This document shows positions 36,994-44,920 of a stretch of DNA of 45,917 nucleotides, piece by piece. Source of the stretch: Candidatus Poseidoniales archaeon (GTDB lineage: Archaea; Thermoplasmatota; Poseidoniia; Poseidoniales; Poseidoniaceae); NCBI GenBank assembly GCA_003602635.1, contig QQSJ01000061.1, forward strand, positions 1 to 45,917. Reading direction: 5' to 3'. A program made the position numbers and the translations under genes. Below the pieces are notes generated by a model, which saw nothing but the letters and a program-made list of their open reading frames with translations, had not been told where the DNA came from and made no database searches. Every line of letters begins with the position of its first letter. Within the stretch, counting starts at the first letter, position 1.

Positions 36994-38205
36994 TCAGAGC
37001 AAGAGCACGTCGATGGTTTCGCCCGCTTCGCCTGAAGCCCCGGGTGGGAGCAGGGTCAGCGCATCGGCGCTGGCCAAGCTTTCGAGGTTGCCTGAGCCTT
37101 GATGGCGAGGTTGTCGAGCGACCATTTCGCCGTCCTCAAGGGTCACCGTCACGCGTCTCAGTGTCAAGCAATCCTTCGTGCTCTTGACCGGGTCGAGAAG
37201 GCGTGCGCGAACGGTGGTCTCACGAGGGCCTTGTGCACCGGTCCACGCCCGAATGGCATCGGCCACGAGCAAACGGAACACAACGTGACTGCTGACAGGA
37301 TTCCCGGGGAGGCCGAAGAGAGGTGTGCCCTTCCACAAACCGAAGAGCGGGGGCGAGCCGGGTCGAATCTTGACCCGCCAGTACCGGAGGTCGCCTTCCT
37401 CTTCCATCAGACGACGAACAAGATCCCACTCGCCCATGGAAACGCCGCCGGAAGTGACGATCATGTCGGAGGCGTTCGCGGCGGCATCGAGGGCTGCACG
37501 CAGCCCGTCCAACGTGTCCTCAACCGCGGGATGATGGTGCGCTTCGTGTCCCATGCCGCGCACCAAACCCACCAACCCATGCGAATTCGATTCGTACACC
37601 TCGCCGTGGCGCAAGGGTTCGCCCGCGGGTCTTAGCTCATCGCCGGTGGGAATGATCGCCACGTTGAGCCGCTGGACGACCGGCACCTCTGGATGACCCA
37701 TGGTGGCGCACAAACCGACCTTGGCGGGCGTCAGGTGGGCGCCGGCCACCAGTCCCACGGCGCCCTTGCGGAGGTTTTCGCCTTGCTTTCGCACGAATCC
37801 CGTTCGTGCCGCTGCGGTGAGCGTCACGTTCCCATCGCCGACCTCGCAACGTTCGATGGGGAGAATGGCGTCGGCGCCCGGGGGCATTGGTGCGCCAGTC
37901 ATGATCCGCACCGCGTGGCCGGGTTGAAGCGGGGGCAGATCGTCGTGAGCGGCCGCCGCCACCGTGCTCTGAATGGGAAGTGTGGTGGGAACGGTTGGAA
38001 CGTCCGCTTCTCGCATGGCAAAGCCGTCCATGGCCGAATTGTCGAACGGGGGGTCGTCCACGCGCGATTGAAGGGATTCGGCAAGAACCCGGCCGTGTGC
38101 TTCGCTGAGTGGAACGTTCACCGTGGCGGGGCCGGGGAGCGCCTTGAGGGCGTTCGCTGCAATCCTGCGGGCCTCATCCACCTCGATGAAGTACGGGACG
38201 TCCAT
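36994..38205 (-). CDS. moeA: Molybdopterin molybdo/tungsto-transferase (gephyrin E-like)
   Basis: PPFDNSAMDGFA, RIMTGAPMP, TGDEL, TSGGVSMG, GLPGNPVS, QGSG. Confidence 0.95.
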   Translation of the reverse strand: MDVPYFIEVDEARRIAANALKALPGPATVNVPLSEAHGRVLAESLQSRVDDPPFDNSAMDGFAMREADVPTVPTTLPIQSTVAAAAHDDLPPLQPGHAVRIMTGAPMPPGADAILPIERCEVGDGNVTLTAAARTGFVRKQGENLRKGAVGLVAGAHLTPAKVGLCATMGHPEVPVVQRLNVAIIPTGDELRPAGEPLRHGEVYESNSHGLVGLVRGMGHEAHHHPAVEDTLDGLRAALDAAANASDMIVTSGGVSMGEWDLVRRLMEEEGDLRYWRVKIRPGSPPLFGLWKGTPLFGLPGNPVSSHVVFRLLVADAIRAWTGAQGPRETTVRARLLDPVKSTKDCLTLRRVTVTLEDGEMVARQPRHQGSGNLESLASADALTLLPPGASGEAGETIDVLLL

Positions 38206-38206
38206 G

Positions 38207-38235
38207 CCTCAAGGGAGACTCGGCCGCGCTTGAGG
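38207..38235. promoter_or_regulatory. Bidirectional promoter box CTTGAGG/CCTCAAG within inverted repeat CCTCAAG-N15-CTTGAGG
   Basis: The box at 38229-38235 lies exactly 23 nt from both the moeA start (38205) and the tupBC start (38259). Confidence 0.55.
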
Positions 38236-38258
38236 ATGGTGGTGCGTCCGCCGTCATC

Positions 38259-39599
38259 ATGATGGCGGGGGTGGTGCAGGGGGCCTTGGGGGCAGCCATG
38301 GCATCCATTGTGGCGACGACGCTGCTCACGAGCGGTTCTGCGACCTTGCTCGCATCGCTCATCGGCATCCCCCTCGGGGCGCGCTGCGCCCGGCGTGGTG
38401 GTTTGAACGGTTTGCGGGTGGTGGTGCGCACCTTGTACGGCCTGCCGCCCGTCGTGGTCGGGGTCCTGGTCTACCTCATGCTGTCCAACCAAGGACCGCT
38501 CGCCTCGCTGGATCTGCTCTTCACCGTTCCAGCGATGGTGTTGGCGCAGACGTTGTTGGTGTTGCCCCTCGTGTGGGGTGGGACGTGGTCAGCGTTTGAC
38601 GCGATCACACGCGATCACCGCGAGGCCCTCGATTTGCTTGGCCTCGACGCACGGCGAAGGCTTCGCATCGAAGTAGGTCTGGTCTGGCGCGGGGTGTTGA
38701 ACGGAGTCGCATTGGGCTTCGGACGAGCCATTGCTGAGGTCGGTTCTGTCCTCATGGTCGGCGGCAACATCGCGGGACAAACGCGGGTGCTGACGACCAG
38801 CATTGTGCTGGAAACCAGCCGCGGCGACCTTGGTGCGGCGGTGGCTCAAGGTGGCCTGCTCTTGTTGTTGGCGCTGGCGGCGATGTTCCTTGTCGAAGGT
38901 GCGCTGAAGGTTCGCCCAAAACGCCGTTCACCGCTTTCACATCATGAGGAGGGCCTCGAGGCTGTATCAACGGCGTACGACGAACATCGGTGGCCGCGCA
39001 TCGGCGTCGTTCGTGACGGGACCACCGTGCTCGACGTGGAGGACGTTGTCGTTCGCGGAGGCGAGGTGGTGGTGATCATGGGCGCTTCGGGCGCGGGAAA
39101 ATCAACGCTGTTGCGCGCCGTCGCAGGTCTGCTTCCCGACGTTGACGGCGTTCCTGTGCCCCGAGGCCAGGGGGGAGTTGGTCGTGTGGCTCAACACCCT
39201 GTGATGCTCACCGCCCATGCCACGGCCGAGGTAGAATTGGTTCAATCTGGCCGCACCGGTTTGCTGGCTGCGCTCGAATTGGAAGGCGTGGCCACCCGGC
39301 CCGCAGCGGTCTTGTCTGGGGGGGAGCGGCAACGGGTCAGCCTTGCACGTGCGTTGGCGCTCAAGCCCTCGGTGCTTGTCTTGGATGAATTCACCTCGGG
39401 GCTGGACTTGGCGACGACCTTGGCGGTGGAAGCCGTGGTGCGGCGAGCTGCGGACGCAGGCGCCGCCGTGGTGTTGGCCACGCATGACCTTGCTCAAGCC
39501 CGGCGAATGGGTGACCGTCGTATGCTGCTCGCGGCAGGCCGGACCGTCGAAGAGGGCAGTGCAACGGCGGCCCTGATGCTTGGAGAGCCTCAGGGCTGA
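38259..39599 (+). CDS. Tungstate/molybdate ABC transporter, fused permease (TupB) + ATPase (TupC)
   Basis: LPPVVVG, GPLASLDLLFT, FGRAIAEVGSVLMVGGNI, TRVLTT (TupB); GASGAGKST, LSGGERQR, LVLDE, ATHD (ATPase). Confidence 0.87.
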   Translation: MMAGVVQGALGAAMASIVATTLLTSGSATLLASLIGIPLGARCARRGGLNGLRVVVRTLYGLPPVVVGVLVYLMLSNQGPLASLDLLFTVPAMVLAQTLLVLPLVWGGTWSAFDAITRDHREALDLLGLDARRRLRIEVGLVWRGVLNGVALGFGRAIAEVGSVLMVGGNIAGQTRVLTTSIVLETSRGDLGAAVAQGGLLLLLALAAMFLVEGALKVRPKRRSPLSHHEEGLEAVSTAYDEHRWPRIGVVRDGTTVLDVEDVVVRGGEVVVIMGASGAGKSTLLRAVAGLLPDVDGVPVPRGQGGVGRVAQHPVMLTAHATAEVELVQSGRTGLLAALELEGVATRPAAVLSGGERQRVSLARALALKPSVLVLDEFTSGLDLATTLAVEAVVRRAADAGAAVVLATHDLAQARRMGDRRMLLAAGRTVEEGSATAALMLGEPQG

Positions 39600-40396
39600 C
39601 CTGGCGTGAACATCGGCTCACCGGACACGGTGTGTGCTTCGATCAACGCCGTGGCGTCGTCCAGAAGGAAGGATCGGAGCGCTTCGGCCGCGGCCCCGTG
39701 TGGCCCCTCGAGCGGGATGATGCTGTACGGATTCAGGAGGACGGTGTCGTTGTACCGTTGCAGCTCAAGGTCGACCGTGTCCGAACGAAACAAGGCCGTT
39801 CCGAGGTCGCTGAGGGTCACGCACCGCTTTTCATCGGCCATCGTGATGGCCGCCCCCATTCCTTGGCCGATGGAAAGGTACCAGTCGCCGTCGGGGTGGA
39901 CGCCGGAACGGTCCTCAACGACCTCGCCGCGGCCCGCATCGGCCCATGCCTGCCAGAGCGTTTGCTCCTTCATGTGCGTCCCGGACGCGTCGCCACGGGA
40001 CACGAAGCAGCGTTCGTCTTCGACCACGGCGTCCAGCACGTCAAACAGGCTGCCGTTCATTGGTTCGGGCGTCAGGAGCACGAAGGTGTTCCACGCGAAC
40101 ACCGTTCGAGTCGTGCCGTGACCTTCCTCGAGGAAGTCGGCTTCGGCCTCGGGTGCATGGACGATGAGCACGTCGGCGTCGCCGCTTCGCCCAAGGTTGA
40201 GGGCGGCGCCGGTTCCGACGGCGACCACGTCAACCTCGTGCCCTGTGGCGTTGGTAAACGCCGGGAGGAGCACGTCCAGCAAGCCTGAGTCTCGCATTGA
40301 CGTGGTGGTCGCGAGGATCATCCGGTCGTCGTCGGGCGTGACGCAGCCTGGTGAGGCCATGAGCAAACAGAGCAACACGGCGAGCAGGGCTCGCAT
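39590..40396 (-). CDS. tupA: Tungstate ABC transporter substrate-binding lipoprotein
   Basis: Lipobox SPGC; LATTTSMRDSGLL (TTTS), VGTGAAL, VHAP, FVSRGDASGTH. Confidence 0.88.
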   Translation of the reverse strand: MRALLAVLLCLLMASPGCVTPDDDRMILATTTSMRDSGLLDVLLPAFTNATGHEVDVVAVGTGAALNLGRSGDADVLIVHAPEAEADFLEEGHGTTRTVFAWNTFVLLTPEPMNGSLFDVLDAVVEDERCFVSRGDASGTHMKEQTLWQAWADAGRGEVVEDRSGVHPDGDWYLSIGQGMGAAITMADEKRCVTLSDLGTALFRSDTVDLELQRYNDTVLLNPYSIIPLEGPHGAAAEALRSFLLDDATALIEAHTVSGEPMFTPGQP

Positions 40397-40405
40397 GGCG
40401 GGCCC

Positions 40406-40696
40406 TCAGCTGAAATCCATCGTGTGGCCGCACGACTCGTAATCGCACGTGATGGTGTAGCGCGTTTTCCTTGGCTTTCGCGCCTTCATCATGATCCCGC
40501 ACATTTCACACTGCACGGTGATGAATTCGGGCTCGGCCTCCTTGGGGGCGTCGCCAAGGGTCCGACCGACGTCGGTGGACCAGCCGAGGCTGTCCTTGTA
40601 GGAATCCGCGGTGACGTCCATCTTCTTCTGCTTGAGCGTCAAACGCATCTTGCGTCGTCGTCGCCCTTTCTTCTTCGCAGGAGGCTTGGCTGCCAT
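40406..40696 (-). CDS. Small basic Zn-ribbon protein
   Basis: KKKGRRRRK N-terminus; CEMC...CDYESC; ATTGAAG 24 nt upstream; stop lies 9 nt before the tupA start. Confidence 0.65.
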   Translation of the reverse strand: MAAKPPAKKKGRRRRKMRLTLKQKKMDVTADSYKDSLGWSTDVGRTLGDAPKEAEPEFITVQCEMCGIMMKARKPRKTRYTITCDYESCGHTMDFS

Positions 40697-40783
40697 GGTG
40701 GTTTACCCTCGTGCGGTTGACTTCAATGATTCGCACACCGGAGCCTGCGTCGCATTCATGAGCAGGGGGGGCAAGGGGGGGTC

Positions 40784-41851
40784 ATGCGCCGCGCGCTTCC
40801 GATGGGGGTGCTCCTCATGCTGTTGCTGGCGCCTGCAGCGTCTGCGTGCGAAACGGAGGTTGCGCGCCTCATCGACGGGGAAGCCCCGTCGCCTGAAGGC
40901 CTCAGTCCAGCGAAGGATGCGGCCATTCGCGAAGCCACCACCATCGCAGAGTTTGGTCAAGAGACCGCCCGATGGATGCTGTGGCGCGTGTTGATGGGCG
41001 AGGAATTCACCGAAGCGGAAATCGCTGAAGAGATCGATCGCGCCATGATTCGAAACGGTTCGAACCCCATTTGGCCAAGCTTCGAAACCATCGTGGCCAG
41101 CGGTCCAAACGGCGCCATTCCACACGGTGATCCAGAACACCATGGCGCCGGTCCGCGCATTGTGCAACCGGGCGATGTGGTGGTGGTCGATCTTGGAGCG
41201 CGGGTCCAGGATTGGGTCAGCGACGTGACGCGTTCCTACGTCGTTGGAGGCACAGACAACGAGACCATCATCAAAGCCTACATGGCCGTGTATGACGCTC
41301 AGAACCTGACCTTTCCCTTGATTGAATCTGGAACGCCGGCATGGGTGTTGGACGACGTGGCGCGGACGCACATCGAAGAGCAAGGGTTTGGTGAATACTT
41401 CATTCACAGCCTCGGGCATGGTTTCGGCGTCTGTGTGCACGAGCCGCCGTTGCTTTCCAGTGGGTTCGACGAACCGTTGTTTGGTTTGAATTTCAACAAC
41501 GAACCCTTGTCCCCGATCGACGCCATCACCATCGAGCCTGGCATCTACATCGAAGACTGGTTTGGCATCAGAATCGAGGACGATTACCTCGTGGATGTGG
41601 ACGGTCATGAGCCGCTGACCGAAGACTTGCCGCGCGATCTCGAGTGGTTCATGATCATGGAAGACGACTATCCGGCCTTGCCTCAACACAAAGCGGGCAT
41701 GGACCAAGATGAGGGTGGCGACGGTGTGCTCGAGGCCGTCCCGTTGCCCTTTGGCATCGTGGAAACGTTGGCGATCGCTTGCGTTGTGGCCGTGTTGGTT
41801 CCACGCCGCGCAGAACCGGAACTGGAAGACGACGTTAACGGGACCCGTTGA
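40784..41851 (+). CDS. M24B Xaa-Pro peptidase-like metallopeptidase with signal peptide and C-terminal TM
   Basis: SFETIVASGPNGAIPHG, VDLGA, SDVTRS, HSLGHG.G..VHE.P, TIEPGIY, GIRIEDD. Confidence 0.88.
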   Translation: MRRALPMGVLLMLLLAPAASACETEVARLIDGEAPSPEGLSPAKDAAIREATTIAEFGQETARWMLWRVLMGEEFTEAEIAEEIDRAMIRNGSNPIWPSFETIVASGPNGAIPHGDPEHHGAGPRIVQPGDVVVVDLGARVQDWVSDVTRSYVVGGTDNETIIKAYMAVYDAQNLTFPLIESGTPAWVLDDVARTHIEEQGFGEYFIHSLGHGFGVCVHEPPLLSSGFDEPLFGLNFNNEPLSPIDAITIEPGIYIEDWFGIRIEDDYLVDVDGHEPLTEDLPRDLEWFMIMEDDYPALPQHKAGMDQDEGGDGVLEAVPLPFGIVETLAIACVVAVLVPRRAEPELEDDVNGTR

Positions 41852-42080
41852 CGAAGACCAGGTTCACAATGGACTGGAACACGAGGAACCAAAGCACACC
41901 AACGACGGTGATGTACCCTAAAGACGGGTCTTCGCCTCCTAGGGCATAGGAATAGACGATGATGGCGGCGGCGAGGCCGACCACAAAGAACACCCGGTAC
42001 GCGACCGTTGCGAGGATGCTCCCTCGGGTGGAAAGCTCCTTCCAGCCGTTGAAACCGAACCATTTCTGGACGAAGCCCAT
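41835..42080 (-). CDS. Small 2-TM hypothetical protein
   Basis: MGFVQKWFGFNGW... with two hydrophobic helices; CATCAAG 23 nt upstream of ATG 42080. Confidence 0.7.
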   Translation of the reverse strand: MGFVQKWFGFNGWKELSTRGSILATVAYRVFFVVGLAAAIIVYSYALGGEDPSLGYITVVGVLWFLVFQSIVNLVFVNGSR

Positions 42081-42232
42081 GATGGGTTGACGGTCTTTGC
42101 CTACTTGATGGCGCCCCCCACAAGACGTTCGGAACCCGGGATTACGCGAGCGTTGCATCGCCCTCGGCCATCGAGAATGGCCATCTTGCTCCGAGAACAA
42201 CGTTTGAATCCGTATCGTACGTGGTACCAAGC

Positions 42233-43243
42233 ATGGGTGAGCGCCCCACGCCGTTTGCCCCACACCTGCTGGGATTGATCAATCCGGGATTGGTCGTTGC
42301 AGGCAACCTTGTCGGCGGGCCAGCGGCCGCCATGGGGGCGGTATGGATGTTGGGCGTTGGTCCAATCTTGGATCGCGTGCTCGGTTCTCGTCCTCGCACG
42401 CAAGGACGGCCGACCTCTGGTCGGCCGTTTCGTTCGTTGCTCTACGTCCACACGGCACTGCACGTATGCGCCATTGTCGCCTTGGTGCGGCTCGCGTTCC
42501 TCGGCGAAGCCCCCCAGTGGATTGTGGCGGCGGCCGTGTCCACCGGCATTTGTTCGGGCGTGAGTGGGGTCATCGTTGCGCATGAACTCGGTCACACGCG
42601 GCCCAAATCCATCTCAGCACGCTTGGCCCGACTGAACATGCTGCTGGTGCTGTACGGGCATTTCACCGAAGAGCACAACGTGACCCATCACAAGCATGTC
42701 GCGACCGGGGCCGACCCTGCGTCGGCCGAACAGGGCGAGTCGGTGTGGGGCTTTGTCGCCAGAACCGTTCCAAGACAGCTCCGGGACGCGTACGCGCTGC
42801 ACGCCAAACGTGGGGCGCACGGCTGGCGAAACCGGGTGGTCCGAATCCTGCTGCTTGAGGTCGCGGTCGTCGTTGCCTTGGCGGTCGTGAGCGTCCCTGC
42901 GGGCCTGGCCTTCATCGGTCAAGCAGCGGTAGCGGTCTTCCTTCTGGAATACATCAACTACGTGCAGCATTACGGCCTTCGGCGAGCAGAGGGAGAACGG
43001 CAGAACAAGATGCACAGTTGGCAATCTGAACGGCGGTGGTCGTGTTGGACCCTGTTCAACCTCAGCCTGCATCCAGCCCACCACCTGAAAGCAAGCGAGG
43101 GATGGTGGGATTTGCAGCCCTACGATGGGGCTCCAAACATGATCAGCGGCTACTACGGCTGCTTTTGGCCGGCGTTGGTCTCGCCGTTGTGGAAACGGTG
43201 GATGAAGGCGGAGTTGGCGACGCATGGGCGGCCCAGCGCTTGA
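42233..43243 (+). CDS. alkB: Alkane 1-monooxygenase (AlkB)-like membrane diiron hydroxylase
   Basis: His boxes HELGH, EHNVTHH, NYVQHYG, LHPAHH; DPASA; HSW. Confidence 0.85.
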   Translation: MGERPTPFAPHLLGLINPGLVVAGNLVGGPAAAMGAVWMLGVGPILDRVLGSRPRTQGRPTSGRPFRSLLYVHTALHVCAIVALVRLAFLGEAPQWIVAAAVSTGICSGVSGVIVAHELGHTRPKSISARLARLNMLLVLYGHFTEEHNVTHHKHVATGADPASAEQGESVWGFVARTVPRQLRDAYALHAKRGAHGWRNRVVRILLLEVAVVVALAVVSVPAGLAFIGQAAVAVFLLEYINYVQHYGLRRAEGERQNKMHSWQSERRWSCWTLFNLSLHPAHHLKASEGWWDLQPYDGAPNMISGYYGCFWPALVSPLWKRWMKAELATHGRPSA

Positions 43244-43315
43244 CCCGTCCAACTTCGTGGTTCACTCCGAACGTTTGGAGATGCGGATAAGTACTGCATC
43301 GGTCAAATCAAACCA

Positions 43316-44920
43316 ATGTCGGAATCCGGTGTCGAATTCCTTGACGAAATCGGCCTCGTGCTCAACGTGTTCGTGCTGCTCTTCGTCATCCTCTTTCACG
43401 TGGTTCCTTTTCAGACCAGGCAACACATTCTGGCTTGGACCGAGGCAAAGGTGCGATCCTTTCGTGGAAAGATCGGGGCCAGATCTGGTGAAGATGTTGC
43501 TTTGGACGAGCCGAAAAAGCGGCAGAAGAAGCCGGCTCCCATGTCGTGGGAACGGCGCGTCGGTGCATGGTTGATCATCTGGCTGCTCGCCTATTTCATC
43601 CACCTTCAGATGAGCCTCTACGAGTCGATGGCGTGGCTCAGGTACGATTGGGACGGTTCGGCCGTTTCCAGCGCCATCTTTCGAATGGAAAGCATCGCTT
43701 CGTGGTTCAATTTCATGATCATCTGCACGCTGCTGATGCTGCTTATTCCCATCCCCATCCTCCGCCGGATCTGGATGATTCCGTTGTTTGCCGTGTTGGC
43801 CATCGTGACGCGGATGGTCGATTCGTGGGGGATTGAAAACGGATGGAACCTCAACCTCGCCATCCTGTTCGTCTTGATGGTCGCCATGACGAACATCATC
43901 ATGTCGTTGCGCACGATGTTCTTCCTCCCTGAGCGTTCAGACAGGTCCCCAGAAGCGTTGGCGCTGCGACGAAGTGGGTACTTCGCCTTGGGGGCGACGG
44001 TCATTTTGAGCGATTTCATGGTCTTCCTTGTCCCGGGATTCTTGAGCGGGGAGTCGTCCACCTGGTGGTATGGGAATTTCATGAATTGGACGGTGGTCTT
44101 TCACGGCCATGGAGGCTTGTTGACCACGCATGTGCTCACGAGCGTCATCATGGGAACCTTCTCCCTGTTCATGCTTGGGTTGGCCGTTGGCGGAATCTAC
44201 CATTTGGTGAGGGTGGTGCAAAAGAAGCGGGACTTTGGCGTCGTTGGAATTTTTTCCGTGTATTACCTCTTCATGTGGGCCCTGATTCTCATCCGTTTCA
44301 CGGCGAACGTGACCGATTTCGCGCCCTTCTTGAACATGTCCGGGCGGCCGATGGAAGCGGGCGTGTATTGGGACGGAGCCTATGTGGTCACGGAGGAACA
44401 GGTCTCGCGCGCCGTGCTCATCGACGCCTTAACGCGGGGGTTCACCGAACATCTCGTTTACCCGATCATCGCCTTGTTGCACGCGGTCAAATTTGGTCTG
44501 ATTCGCATTGAGACGGATTTGGAAAAGAAAGCGTTGCGGGGATTGGCCCTCGTGTTGCTTCTGGCCATGGCGGCGGTGTTCACCGAAGTGCTCCAAGAAG
44601 TGTTGAGCATGTTGGACCTGTACAACAACGACATCATCTTCGCCATCATCTGCGGCGCGGTCTTGGCCACGGGTTGGGAACGTCTGCTCATCGAGGCCAT
44701 GATGCCTGAGAAAGAGACGTTGACCATCACGTGGAAATTCCCAGGCAACGAGACGGTGTTGGTGTGGACGGTCAACCTGATCGTCGGTGGAGCCTTCCTC
44801 TTGCAGGTCGTGATCGGGATCTTCAGCCCCATGTCATGGGGTGCCGTGATGGGGGTGTTCGCCGCCAGCGTGGCGGTGATTGCGTTGGCCCGTGAACTGC
44901 CAAGGAGGGTGTTTTCATGA
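43316..44920 (+). CDS. Hypothetical polytopic membrane protein (about 12-13 TM)
   Basis: 534-aa ORF with many hydrophobic segments; GGATAAG box 24 nt upstream; no family motif recognised. Confidence 0.7.
   Translation: MSESGVEFLDEIGLVLNVFVLLFVILFHVVPFQTRQHILAWTEAKVRSFRGKIGARSGEDVALDEPKKRQKKPAPMSWERRVGAWLIIWLLAYFIHLQMSLYESMAWLRYDWDGSAVSSAIFRMESIASWFNFMIICTLLMLLIPIPILRRIWMIPLFAVLAIVTRMVDSWGIENGWNLNLAILFVLMVAMTNIIMSLRTMFFLPERSDRSPEALALRRSGYFALGATVILSDFMVFLVPGFLSGESSTWWYGNFMNWTVVFHGHGGLLTTHVLTSVIMGTFSLFMLGLAVGGIYHLVRVVQKKRDFGVVGIFSVYYLFMWALILIRFTANVTDFAPFLNMSGRPMEAGVYWDGAYVVTEEQVSRAVLIDALTRGFTEHLVYPIIALLHAVKFGLIRIETDLEKKALRGLALVLLLAMAAVFTEVLQEVLSMLDLYNNDIIFAIICGAVLATGWERLLIEAMMPEKETLTITWKFPGNETVLVWTVNLIVGGAFLLQVVIGIFSPMSWGAVMGVFAASVAVIALARELPRRVFS

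Noticed and set aside
40406-40696. Rubredoxin partner for AlkB
   Set aside because: Cys spacing (CxxC...CxxxxC) and the basic N-terminus do not fit rubredoxin, and the gene is not adjacent to alkB.
40764-40781. G-runs upstream of the M24 gene as a phase-variation tract or G-quadruplex
   Set aside because: Only two runs of about 7 G in a GC-rich spacer; no evidence of length variation from one sequence.
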